Positions 1 through 8,673 of a stretch of 64,000 nt of DNA are shown here, piece after piece (within the stretch, counting starts at the first letter, position 1; each line of letters begins with the position of its first letter). The stretch lies in the NCBI GenBank assembly GCA_963847055.1, contig CAWJYE010000008.1:298947-362946 (forward strand), given 5' to 3'. The notes beneath the pieces are model-generated. The model saw nothing but the letters and a program-made list of their open reading frames with translations. It was not told the origin of the DNA and did not search any database. The DNA comes from an uncultured Solirubrobacterales bacterium. Lineage in GTDB: Bacteria > Actinomycetota > Thermoleophilia > Solirubrobacterales > Solirubrobacteraceae. A program made the translations under genes and the position numbers.

Positions 1-60
1 ACCGTGCCGCCCTGACTGGGATCCCGGCGCCGACACCGGCGACCCCGGCGGTGGTTTGAG

Positions 61-1203
61 GTGACCGAGGAGTCGACTCCAGACCTGCAACGCACCGCGT
101 TCGATACCGCGCAGCGAGACGCGGGTGCGACCTGGACCGACTGGGAGGGCTGGGCTTGGGCGGCCGATTTCGGCGATCCCGTGGCTGAGCACAACGCGAC
201 GCGGACGGCGTGCAGCCTGTGGGACGAGTCACCGCTTCGGAAGTGGGATCTGCGCGGACGCGACGCCGTCGCGCTGACCGACGCCCTGTTCACCAACGAC
301 ATGGCCGGGCTCGAGGTGGGCCAGGTCCGCTACGGCGCGCTGTGCGACGAGCAGGGCAAGATGATCATGGACGGCACCGTCTTCCGACTCGCCGACGACC
401 ACTGCATGTCGATCACCAGCTACGACTCAGACCTGGCCTGGTTTGAGCAGGTCGCCTCTGACCGGGGGCTCGAGGTGCAGATCGAGGATCACACGCCGCA
501 GATGCCCCACCTGCAGATCCAGGGCCCCAACGCCCGCAAGGTGCTCGGGCCGATCACCGAGGGCGTCGACGTCGACGCGCTGCGCTATTTCCGCTTCGTC
601 CACGAGGGCGTGCGCGTGGGCGGCGTCCCGGCCTGGGTGTCACGCACGGGGTATTCGGGCGAGCTCGGCTTCGAGGTCTACTGCTCCGTCGATGACGCGC
701 CCGAACTGTGGGATGCCGTGGTGCGCGCGGGCCAGCCTCACGGCCTGCGCCCGATCGGCCTGTCGGCGATCGAGATCCTGCGGATCGAGTCCGGCCTGCT
801 GTTCCCCGACATCGACTACTTCCCCCGTCAGACCGACCCTTACGAGGTCCGGCTTGACAACGTCATCAAGCTCGACAAGGCGGGCGACTTCGTGGGTCGC
901 GACGCACTGCGAGCGATCGCGGCTCAGGGCACTCCGCGGCTGCTGACGACCTTGCGGATCGAGGGGGACCAGCTGCCCGAGTACGGCGCTGCCGTCACCA
1001 GCGACGGTCGCGAGGTGGGGGTCGTCCGGAGTCCGTGCCAGAGCCCGACCTTTGATATGCAGGTGATCGGGATGACAACGCTGGAGCGCGACCTGGTGCA
1101 CGACGGCCAGCGGGTCGAGGTGACGGTTGGCGACGGTGTGGTCGGCGCCACGGTGGCGCCATTTCCCATCTACGACACGCAGAAGCGGCGTCCGCGCAGC
1201 TAA
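61..1203 (+). CDS. Aminomethyltransferase (GcvT/T-protein) family, THF-dependent demethylase-like
   Basis: 380 aa ORF with T-protein motifs (GQVRYGALCDEQGKMIMDG, QIQGPNAR, SRTGYSGELGFEVY, LRIESGL, PFPIYD). No gcvH/gcvP in window. Confidence 0.85.
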   Translation: MTEESTPDLQRTAFDTAQRDAGATWTDWEGWAWAADFGDPVAEHNATRTACSLWDESPLRKWDLRGRDAVALTDALFTNDMAGLEVGQVRYGALCDEQGKMIMDGTVFRLADDHCMSITSYDSDLAWFEQVASDRGLEVQIEDHTPQMPHLQIQGPNARKVLGPITEGVDVDALRYFRFVHEGVRVGGVPAWVSRTGYSGELGFEVYCSVDDAPELWDAVVRAGQPHGLRPIGLSAIEILRIESGLLFPDIDYFPRQTDPYEVRLDNVIKLDKAGDFVGRDALRAIAAQGTPRLLTTLRIEGDQLPEYGAAVTSDGREVGVVRSPCQSPTFDMQVIGMTTLERDLVHDGQRVEVTVGDGVVGATVAPFPIYDTQKRRPRS

Positions 1204-1976
1204 GCGTCCGCGACGTGGTCATGCGCCCGGGCCTGGTAGGCCTCGGCGGCGGCCACAAACCACTCGAACACGGCCGCGAAGCGAGCGTCGATCCGGCACT
1301 CCTCCTGCAGCTCCCATTGCACCCCGAGGACCGGGCTGCCGTCTAGCTCGATCGCCTCGACCACGCCATCCGGCGCCGTGGCCGTCGCGCGCAGCCCCGC
1401 GCCCAGCTCGTCCAACGCCTGGTGATGGAAGGAGTTGACGCTCGCGGCCGCGCCGCCGAGCGCGGCCCCGAGGATGCTCGATTCCTCCACGGCGATCGGG
1501 TGACGCGGATGGGGCGGGATCCGAGCGCCGTCCAAGGCCGCGCTCTCCATCCCCTTCCAGGCTTTCCAGCCCGGGTCTGAGGGGTGCTCGCGCGAGCGCG
1601 CGAGCAGGCGTACGTCCTGGTGCAGCGTCCCGCCGCGAGCCACGTTGAGGACCTGCATCCCGCGACAGACGCCGAGCACCGGCAATCCGCGATCCAGGGC
1701 GGCGGCCACGAGCGCAAACTCGAACTCGTCTCGGCGAGGCTCGGTCGCGGCCAGCAGCGGGCCGGGCGCCTGGCCGTAGCGGCCCGGGTCGATGTCGCGT
1801 CCGGGCGCGAGCACCACCCCGGCCAGGGGCTCGAGCGTGCCCGGCAGCGCCTCGGGGAGCTGGGCCAGCGTGACCGGCAGCCCACCGGCGGCGAGCAGCG
1901 GCCGCTGGATGCCCACCCCTCCGTAGTCGCCGAAGTCGTGCAGGCTCGCCGAGACGCCGATCAGGGCTCGCGCCAT
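1200..1976 (-). CDS. Gamma-glutamyl-amide hydrolase family (peptidase C26, PuuD-like class I glutamine amidotransferase)
   Basis: GRDIDP, EPRRDEFE, LGVCRGMQ (nucleophile Cys), VNSFHHQ, GVQWELQE. ATG at 1976 overlaps the upstream stop (TGATG). The usual HPE triad motif reads ELQE here. Confidence 0.8.
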   Translation of the reverse strand: MARALIGVSASLHDFGDYGGVGIQRPLLAAGGLPVTLAQLPEALPGTLEPLAGVVLAPGRDIDPGRYGQAPGPLLAATEPRRDEFEFALVAAALDRGLPVLGVCRGMQVLNVARGGTLHQDVRLLARSREHPSDPGWKAWKGMESAALDGARIPPHPRHPIAVEESSILGAALGGAAASVNSFHHQALDELGAGLRATATAPDGVVEAIELDGSPVLGVQWELQEECRIDARFAAVFEWFVAAAEAYQARAHDHVADA

Positions 1977-4129
1977 CAGGCGCCAACCTGCTCGGTGCTC
2001 GGCACCAGCGCTTCCTCGATCAATTCGGTCAGCTCGCGCAGCTCGATTCGCTCGGCGTTGCCCGAGGTCTTGATCGCGTCCTCGTACATGGTCACGTCCT
2101 TCGGGCACGAGACCACGAACAGCTCGACCTCGGGAAGGTCGACCGCCTCGCGGATGCGGTTCTCTGAGGGCCGCTCCTGACCGGGCTGATCGGTGATCCA
2201 GATTCGTCCGCCGCCCGCGCCGCAGCAGAACGAGTTGTCGCGGTTGCGCGGCATCTCGACCAGCCCGCAGCCCAGTAGTTCGAGAATCCTTCGCGGAGCT
2301 TCGTACTCACCCTGAAACCGGCCCAGATGGCACGGGTCGTGATAGGTCACCCGATAGGAGAGGCGGTCGCGCACCTGCAGACGACCGGCCTCGATCAGCT
2401 CGAGCAGCAGCGCCGTGTGGTGGCTAACCCTCCAGCTGCCGCCGAGCTCGGGATACTCGTTTCGCAACGTGTTGAGCGAATGGGGATCGCTGGTGACGAT
2501 CCGCTGAAACTCGCAGTCGTCGATCGTGGCGATGTTCTGCTCGGCCAGGGACTCGAACAGACCCTCCTCGCCGACCCTCCTCACGTCATTGCCCGAGTTG
2601 CGCTCGCCGTCGTAGAGGATCCCGAAGTCGACCCCGGCGGCGTGCAGAAGCCGCGCCAGCGAACGGGTCACCTGTTGGGAGCGCGGATCGAACGATGCGT
2701 AGTCCCCCACGAACCACAGCACATCGACCGGGTGCTTGCGGGCATCGGGGACATCGAAGTGCAGCTCCCGAGTCCAGCGACCGCGCTTGCGCCGGTTCTC
2801 GCCGAACGAGTTACCGGACTTGTGGATCACCTCGAGGGTCGACTGCAGGTTTGAATCGAGCTCGCCCTCCTCGACCAATCGCCGGCGCAGCTGGTTGATG
2901 ATTGGCGCCTGCTCGATCCCCACCGGACAGATCTCGACGCAGGCGTTGCACTGCATGCACGACCACAACGTCTCGGTCCTCACGCCGTCGGCTCCGATCA
3001 CGCCGGCGGTGAAGCCTCCACCGTCGGCGTCTCCGTCGAGCAGGGAACCGAGCAGGCCGCCGATGCCCGCGCCGGCCGCGGCGTGGTTGGACTGCTCGCG
3101 CAGCTCCAGGATCACGTCCCGGGGCGAGAGCGGGCGCCCGGTCGCGTTGGCCGGACACGCCTCATGGCACTTGCCGCACTTGGTGCAGGCATCGAGCTGG
3201 AGCAGGTGCAGGGGGCTGAAGTCGGCCAGAGCGCCGTAGCCGGCCGGCTCGTCGGCGCGCCCGGGAGCGATCGGGCGCAACCGCTTGCCCGCCATCGGAT
3301 CACGCAGCGCCAGCGAGAAGAAGCTGGTCAGCATGTGCGCGGCCTTGGTGTAGGGGATGCTGGCCACGAAGGAGATCGCCAGCAGCCCGTGAAACCACCA
3401 CAGCCCGTGACGGAGCCCCGCCAGCGTGCCACGGCCCAGCCCGCCCAGCGCCTGGGCCACGACCCAACCCCCGAACTGGGTAGCGCCGTAGCCGGGATGG
3501 TCCATCGCGATCCGCACCCCCTCGAGCACGAAGCCGGTCAGCGCGATCACCAGCAGCGCAATCACAAACCACCAGTCCCCGATCCTGTACACCCGGCGGT
3601 CGTACTGGGGATCGTCGCGGGCACGGTCGGGTCGCGAGTAGTCAAGCTTGGCGGGACGACCGATCGCGCGGCGGGCCATCATCACCAGCACGCCCGCGAC
3701 CAGGGCCGTGCCGAGGAGGTTGAGCACTTCCTTGTAGACGAGATAAAAGCCGCCCCGGAAGTAGTCCCAGCCGAACACCGGTGAGGTGAAGTCGGTATCG
3801 AAACCGAGGATCACCGTCCCGGCAAACAGCGTCAGAAAGCCGTAGAAGATGCCGCGGTGCGCCCAGCCGGCGGTCCGGTCACGACGCTCGATCGTCGCGT
3901 GGGAAAACAGCAACCGCGCACCCGTGGCCAGCCGCGGTGGCAGCTCGCGCCAGGGACACGGCGGCCAGGCGCCGCCCTGGCCGCGCCGGTACTTGACGAT
4001 CGGCCGCAGCACTCCGTAGACGAACACCGCCACCGAGGCCACCGCCAGCAGGTACCAGAGAACCTTGAGGACGGTGGCGAAGTGCCAGAAGACCGGGCGT
4101 GTCTCGGTGGCCGCGAGCAGGAGCGCCAT
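1976..4129 (-). CDS. Membrane Fe-S oxidoreductase, FadF/EtfD-like (NarI-like TM domain, 2x[4Fe-4S], CCG domains); probable ETF:quinone oxidoreductase
   Basis: N-terminal TM helices with His residues, CTKCGKCHEACP and CMQCNACVEICP, HDPCHLGR, CCGAGGG. Start reset to ATG 4129 (MALLLAATETRPVFW). Directly downstream of etfBA. Confidence 0.8.
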   Translation of the reverse strand: MALLLAATETRPVFWHFATVLKVLWYLLAVASVAVFVYGVLRPIVKYRRGQGGAWPPCPWRELPPRLATGARLLFSHATIERRDRTAGWAHRGIFYGFLTLFAGTVILGFDTDFTSPVFGWDYFRGGFYLVYKEVLNLLGTALVAGVLVMMARRAIGRPAKLDYSRPDRARDDPQYDRRVYRIGDWWFVIALLVIALTGFVLEGVRIAMDHPGYGATQFGGWVVAQALGGLGRGTLAGLRHGLWWFHGLLAISFVASIPYTKAAHMLTSFFSLALRDPMAGKRLRPIAPGRADEPAGYGALADFSPLHLLQLDACTKCGKCHEACPANATGRPLSPRDVILELREQSNHAAAGAGIGGLLGSLLDGDADGGGFTAGVIGADGVRTETLWSCMQCNACVEICPVGIEQAPIINQLRRRLVEEGELDSNLQSTLEVIHKSGNSFGENRRKRGRWTRELHFDVPDARKHPVDVLWFVGDYASFDPRSQQVTRSLARLLHAAGVDFGILYDGERNSGNDVRRVGEEGLFESLAEQNIATIDDCEFQRIVTSDPHSLNTLRNEYPELGGSWRVSHHTALLLELIEAGRLQVRDRLSYRVTYHDPCHLGRFQGEYEAPRRILELLGCGLVEMPRNRDNSFCCGAGGGRIWITDQPGQERPSENRIREAVDLPEVELFVVSCPKDVTMYEDAIKTSGNAERIELRELTELIEEALVPSTEQVGA

Positions 4130-4142
4130 GGCGGCTAGCGGC

Positions 4143-5105
4143 TCACGGGTCCAGCAGCCCCTCGAGCTCGTCGGCGATCTCGAACAGGTCCGCCACCGCT
4201 CCGTAATGCGCGACGCCGAAGATCGGCGCTTCCGGGTCGGTATTGACGGCGATGATCGTCTCCGCCGTGCGCATGCCCGCCAGGTGCTGGACGGCGCCGG
4301 AGATCCCGAGCGCCAGGTACACGCGCGGCTTGACCGTCTTCCCCGACTGACCAACCTGGCGCGCGCTCGGCATCCAACCGGCGTCCACGAGCGGACGCGA
4401 CACGCTGAGGGTCGCGCCCAGGCGCTCGGCCAGGGCCTCAAAGCGCGGAAGCTCGTCCTTGTCCTGGACGCCACGGCCGATCGAGACCAAGAACGGCGCC
4501 TTGGTGATGTCGACATCGCCCTCCTGCACCTCCTCAAAGCCCAGGTGCTCGGTGGCGGCCACCCCGTCGAGGGCCAGCTCCACCGTCCGGCTGGGTGGCG
4601 ATCCCCCGCCCGCGGCGGCCGGCTCGAAGGTCCCGGGACGAAGCAGCAGCAGCGTGCACGGCTTGCCCGGGAAGTCGAGCTCGAGGACGAGCTTGTCGCC
4701 GTAAGCGCCGCGCCCGGCGATGGGGCCGTCGTCGAAGGACAGCGAAGTGACGTCTGAGGCAAAACCCAGCCCTCGCCTGGCCGCCACGGCCGGCGCGCAA
4801 CCGAGCGCGTCGATCGTGTGACCGAGCAGCACCAGTCCGGGGCGCTCGGTCTCGATCAGCTCCTCCAGCGCCCGCTGGGCGACGTGGGCTTCGAAGTGCT
4901 CTTGGGGGGTCGCAACAAGCAGCAGCTCGTCCACCCCGTCGGCGGCCAGCGCCGCGGCGAAGCGCTCGGGCTGATGATCGATCACTGCCACCACCAGGCG
5001 GCCCCCGCACGACGGCTTGATCTGACGGGCGGCGCTGACGAGCTCCAGCGAGACGTCGCGCAGCTCTCCACGGCGGGTTTCGGCGACTACGAGCACGTCG
5101 CTCAT
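4143..5105 (-). CDS. etfA: Electron transfer flavoprotein alpha subunit
   Basis: VSIGRGV, SRPLVDAGW, QVGQSGKTVKP, ALGISGAVQHLAGM, AVNTDPEAPIF. Confidence 0.95.
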   Translation of the reverse strand: MSDVLVVAETRRGELRDVSLELVSAARQIKPSCGGRLVVAVIDHQPERFAAALAADGVDELLLVATPQEHFEAHVAQRALEELIETERPGLVLLGHTIDALGCAPAVAARRGLGFASDVTSLSFDDGPIAGRGAYGDKLVLELDFPGKPCTLLLLRPGTFEPAAAGGGSPPSRTVELALDGVAATEHLGFEEVQEGDVDITKAPFLVSIGRGVQDKDELPRFEALAERLGATLSVSRPLVDAGWMPSARQVGQSGKTVKPRVYLALGISGAVQHLAGMRTAETIIAVNTDPEAPIFGVAHYGAVADLFEIADELEGLLDP

Positions 5106-5905
5106 CCGGCTGCGCTCATCCGGTCGCGGACGATCTCGACGATCCGGCTGGCGAGCTGGTCAGGCGAACCGTCGAGCATCTCGGCGCCGCCTCCCCGCTC
5201 GGGCATTCTCAGCTCACGGCGCCGCGAGGCGGCCGCAGCGGCGAGCGCTCCCGCGTCGAGATCGAGCTGCTCGGGCGTGGTGACCTCGAGTGGCTTCTCA
5301 CGCGCCCGCTTGATCGCCCGCAGGTTGGCGTACCGAGGCTCGTTGATCCCGGTCTGGATCGTGAGCAGCGCCGGGGTGCGCACGCGCAGCACCTCTACCA
5401 GTCCGCCCTCGAGCTCGCGCTTGACAGTGGCGGTGGAGGCAGCGGCCGCGTACTCAAGATGCTTGACCACGGCCACGTGGGGCAGCTCGAGGTAGCCGGC
5501 CAGAGCCACGCCGGTAGCCCCGTTGACGGCATCCGAGGACTGCACGCCGCACAGCACGAGGTCGGGTGCCTCGCGCGCGACCGTGGCGGACAGAACACGC
5601 GCCACCGCGAGCGGATCGAGATCCCGGCAGTCATCGCTCCACACCCGGATGGCTCGGTCAGCGCCCATCGCCAGGCAGCCGAGCAGCGCCTCCTCGGACG
5701 GCTGGTCGCCGACGGTGATGACCACCACTTCGGAGTCGTCGCCCTCGGCCTGTTCGCGCAGGGCCAAAGCCGCCTCGAGCGAGAACGAGTCCCACTCGTT
5801 GAGCTCGGTTTGCACGAAGTCAGGGTCGACCCCCGAGCCGTCCTCGAGCAGCTCGAAGTCGTCGTCGAGCGCGGCGACCTGCTTGACCGGGACGACGACC
5901 TTCAC
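5102..5905 (-). CDS. etfB: Electron transfer flavoprotein beta subunit
   Basis: VPVKQV, LNEWDSFSLE, MGADRA, CGVQSSD, RELEGG, GINEPRY. Resembles the Methylophilus TMADH-partner ETF as I remember it. Confidence 0.95.
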   Translation of the reverse strand: MKVVVPVKQVAALDDDFELLEDGSGVDPDFVQTELNEWDSFSLEAALALREQAEGDDSEVVVITVGDQPSEEALLGCLAMGADRAIRVWSDDCRDLDPLAVARVLSATVAREAPDLVLCGVQSSDAVNGATGVALAGYLELPHVAVVKHLEYAAAASTATVKRELEGGLVEVLRVRTPALLTIQTGINEPRYANLRAIKRAREKPLEVTTPEQLDLDAGALAAAAASRRRELRMPERGGGAEMLDGSPDQLASRIVEIVRDRMSAAG

Positions 5906-5941
5906 GCGGGCTTCACCCGCTCCGGATCAGGGTCCGGACGC

Positions 5942-8134
5942 TTAGGCGACATCTACCGTGTTGAGCAGCTGAGCGCGGTAGTCGTCGTTGCTGCTCTCGC
6001 CCCACAGGCGCCGCTCGCGGATGAACGGAAGCGGCATCTCCGGATGCGGCGAGTCAATTTCCCTCGCCAGGCGATGGCCGTCGAAGACCGAGTCGACGAT
6101 CATCCGCGGCGCCGAAGCGTCGCCGATCACGTACAGCGCCTCGATCCCCTCCTGGGCCAGCCGCGCCGGGTCTGACTTGAGCTCGCGGTACAGCTCGTCG
6201 TCGGAGATTCGGGCCGTGCACAGCACCACGGTGTCGACCTCGAAGACCTCCTTGTGGGCCGGATTCCAGACGTTGTAGGCATGGCAGGCGCCCGGCTCGA
6301 TCCGCTCGAGCATCGTGTACGGGTGGATGCCGACGTTGAGCCGATGCAGATCGCGGTGCAGCATGGGAGCCTCGAGCGTGTACTCCATGTAGCCCGCGAT
6401 GTCCCCGGCCTGGGTGAGGAGCTGAACTTCGTGGCCCTCGCCGGCCAGCTTCTGGGCGACCGAGGCGCCCATGAAGTACCCCTCGTTCTCAAGCACGAGC
6501 ACGCGCTTACCGATCGTCTTGTTCCCAGAGACCACCTGATCGGGGGTCAGCTGCCAGTCCAGCGCCGCGTCGGCGCCCGGGATGGGCTCGTGCGTGGCCG
6601 CGTTGAGGCCGTCGGTGGCGTAATGACAGCCGGTCGCGACGATCACGATCTCAGCCCCGTAGTCGAGCACCTGCTCGGCGCTCAGGCGCGAGCCCGTATG
6701 CACCTCGACGTTTGACAGCTTGTCGAGCTGGATCTGGCGGTAGTTGACGATCCGGCTCCACTCGCCCAGGCCCCGGGCGGTACCGCGGAACAGGTTCTCC
6801 TTGCCGTCGGAATGCCCGAGCTTGGAGATCCAGTTCACGCTGCCGCCGATCTCCTTGGCCCCCTCGACCAGGTGCACGGCCGACATTTCGCGCTTGCCCA
6901 GCACCATCGCGCACTCCATCCCCGCCGGGCCGGCGCCGATCACCAGCACGCCCTTGTCACGGTTGGCGGCCGGGTGGAACTTCTCAGGATGCCAGCCGCG
7001 GCGGTACTCCTCGCCCGCGGTCGCGTTCTGGGTGCAGACCATGGGCGGGCCGCCGATCTCCCAGCGCGAAATGCACTGGTTGCAGCCGATGCACTCACGG
7101 ATGTCCTCGAGCCGGCCCTCGTCGATCTTCTGGGGCAGGAACGGATCGGAGATCGAGGGTCGCGCGGCGCCGATGATGTCGTACTGGCCCGAGTTGATGA
7201 TCGCGATCATGGTGTCGGGGTTCGTGATCCGCCCGACGCCGACGACCGCCTTGTCGGTGTGGTTGCCGGCCTTGACCTGGCCCGTGAACGGCTTCTCGTG
7301 GTTTTCCTCAAAGAAGCGTGAGGGACCGGCATTCTGGCCCCACTCTGCGATATCGCCGACCGTGAAGTCCCACAGGTCGACGAGATCATTGCAGTGCTCC
7401 ACGAACCGGATCCCATCCTCGCCCACCTGAATCGACGACGGTCCCAGCAGGTGGTCGACGGCGAACCGCGATGCGATCGCGCAGTCATCTCCGACCGCCT
7501 CGCGGACCTTGTACAGCGACTCGCGCCAGAAGCGGGCGCGGTTCTCAAACGAGCCGCCGTACTCGTCGGTGCGGCGGTTGTAGAACGGCGAGAGGAACTG
7601 AAACGGCAGGTAGGCGTGGGCGCCGTAGACGTAGATGATGTCGAAGCCGGCGTCGCGAGCACGGAGCGCCGCGTCGACGTACATCTGCTGGACGGTCGCG
7701 ATGTCGTCCTTGTCCATGTGGCGCGGGAAGATGTTGAGCTCGAAGTCCGAGGCGATCTGCGAAGGGCCGCGCGGCGTGGCCCGCGTTTCCATGCACGGGG
7801 CGTGGGGACCGCCGTACCACAGCTCGATGCCCGCCAGGGCACCAAACTCATGCAGGCGGTCGCACATCGCGGCCAGGTTGCGGACATCGCCTTCATCCCA
7901 GATCCGAGCCGAGACACGGGATGTGTCATCGGATTCGGGATGAATCGAGCAGTATTCGGTGCAGCACGCGCCCCAGCCGCCTTCGGCCTTCATGCCGCGG
8001 TGATAGGCCTGCATCCCCGGCTTCTCTGACCCGGCGCCGATGCAGTGAGGGACCTGGTAGAAGCGATTCTTCAGGGTCTTCGGTCCGATCTGGATCGGCT
8101 CGAAGAGGATGTCGTACTTCGGGTCGCGCGGCAC
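5942..8134 (-). CDS. tmd: Trimethylamine dehydrogenase (6-S-cysteinyl-FMN/[4Fe-4S] flavoprotein)
   Basis: N-terminus PRDPKYDILFEPIQIGPKTLKNRFYQVPHCIGAG is nearly identical to remembered Methylophilus TMADH. VPHC covalent-FMN Cys, VYGAHAY, AEWG, CIGCNQCISRWEIGGPPMVCTQNATAGEEYRRGWHPE are all present. Confidence 0.9.
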   Translation of the reverse strand: MPRDPKYDILFEPIQIGPKTLKNRFYQVPHCIGAGSEKPGMQAYHRGMKAEGGWGACCTEYCSIHPESDDTSRVSARIWDEGDVRNLAAMCDRLHEFGALAGIELWYGGPHAPCMETRATPRGPSQIASDFELNIFPRHMDKDDIATVQQMYVDAALRARDAGFDIIYVYGAHAYLPFQFLSPFYNRRTDEYGGSFENRARFWRESLYKVREAVGDDCAIASRFAVDHLLGPSSIQVGEDGIRFVEHCNDLVDLWDFTVGDIAEWGQNAGPSRFFEENHEKPFTGQVKAGNHTDKAVVGVGRITNPDTMIAIINSGQYDIIGAARPSISDPFLPQKIDEGRLEDIRECIGCNQCISRWEIGGPPMVCTQNATAGEEYRRGWHPEKFHPAANRDKGVLVIGAGPAGMECAMVLGKREMSAVHLVEGAKEIGGSVNWISKLGHSDGKENLFRGTARGLGEWSRIVNYRQIQLDKLSNVEVHTGSRLSAEQVLDYGAEIVIVATGCHYATDGLNAATHEPIPGADAALDWQLTPDQVVSGNKTIGKRVLVLENEGYFMGASVAQKLAGEGHEVQLLTQAGDIAGYMEYTLEAPMLHRDLHRLNVGIHPYTMLERIEPGACHAYNVWNPAHKEVFEVDTVVLCTARISDDELYRELKSDPARLAQEGIEALYVIGDASAPRMIVDSVFDGHRLAREIDSPHPEMPLPFIRERRLWGESSNDDYRAQLLNTVDVA

Positions 8135-8161
8135 GGTCTCTCCCTCCCTCAGCTCCCTCGA

Positions 8162-8177
8162 TGAACAAATAGGTTCA
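8162..8177. promoter_or_regulatory. Palindromic candidate operator upstream of tmd
   Basis: TGAAC-AAATAG-GTTCA in the short AT-rich gap about 28-43 bp upstream of the tmd start. Confidence 0.45.
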
Positions 8178-8187
8178 GGCCAAAGTT

Positions 8188-8673
8188 CTACCGGATCCGG
8201 TCGGCGCTGTCCACCGCTTCGGCCCTGTCGGGGGGGACCCTATCCGGCTCGAGCTCCCAGGTCGGCAGGTCGGCCAGCGCCTGGCGGTAGCGGCGTTTGT
8301 AGACCGGACGCAAGAACATCGACCAGGTCGTCGCGCCCAAGGCGACCACGACGAGACCGCCGAAGGCGCGCCCGGCGATGATGAACGCGACCACGCACAC
8401 GAGCGCCACAAGGCTGATCGCGATCGGCACCCGCCGGAAGCGCAGCTGCGTCCGGCGAATCTCGGCGTATTGCTCGATCGGAATCCGCGCCGTGTTCCAG
8501 ATCCGCCCACATTGCTCGCACGCCCAGCGCTCGCCGTAGTGAAGGTATCGGCGCTCACCGCACTCACAGGTGATCGTGATCGGAGGCCCGCGCCGAACCG
8601 ACCTGGGAACCGCCACCGGGTCGTCGTCCCTGGCGAGGGAGCCCAGAGCGCCGTCGGGGCTGCCGGCGCGCAT
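8188..8673 (-). CDS. Hypothetical protein: zinc-ribbon-like CxC...CxxC followed by two TM helices
   Basis: TCECGERR...WACEQCGRIW, then two hydrophobic segments. ATG at 8673 overlaps the upstream TAA (TAATG). Confidence 0.7.
   Translation of the reverse strand: MRAGSPDGALGSLARDDDPVAVPRSVRRGPPITITCECGERRYLHYGERWACEQCGRIWNTARIPIEQYAEIRRTQLRFRRVPIAISLVALVCVVAFIIAGRAFGGLVVVALGATTWSMFLRPVYKRRYRQALADLPTWELEPDRVPPDRAEAVDSADRIR

Noticed and set aside
1976-4762. 928-aa ORF suggesting an EtfA-FadF fusion or frameshift
   Set aside because: The first 211 codons are an off-frame read through etfA. etfA is complete with its own stop at 4143, and the Fe-S protein starts at 4129.
5942-8134. Dimethylamine or histamine dehydrogenase
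   Set aside because: Specificity positions match remembered TMADH (Tyr60/Ser74/Trp105), though this needs confirmation by alignment.
8162-8177. LexA/SOS box
   Set aside because: The actinobacterial SOS box is GAAC-N4-GTTC, and the spacer here is 6.
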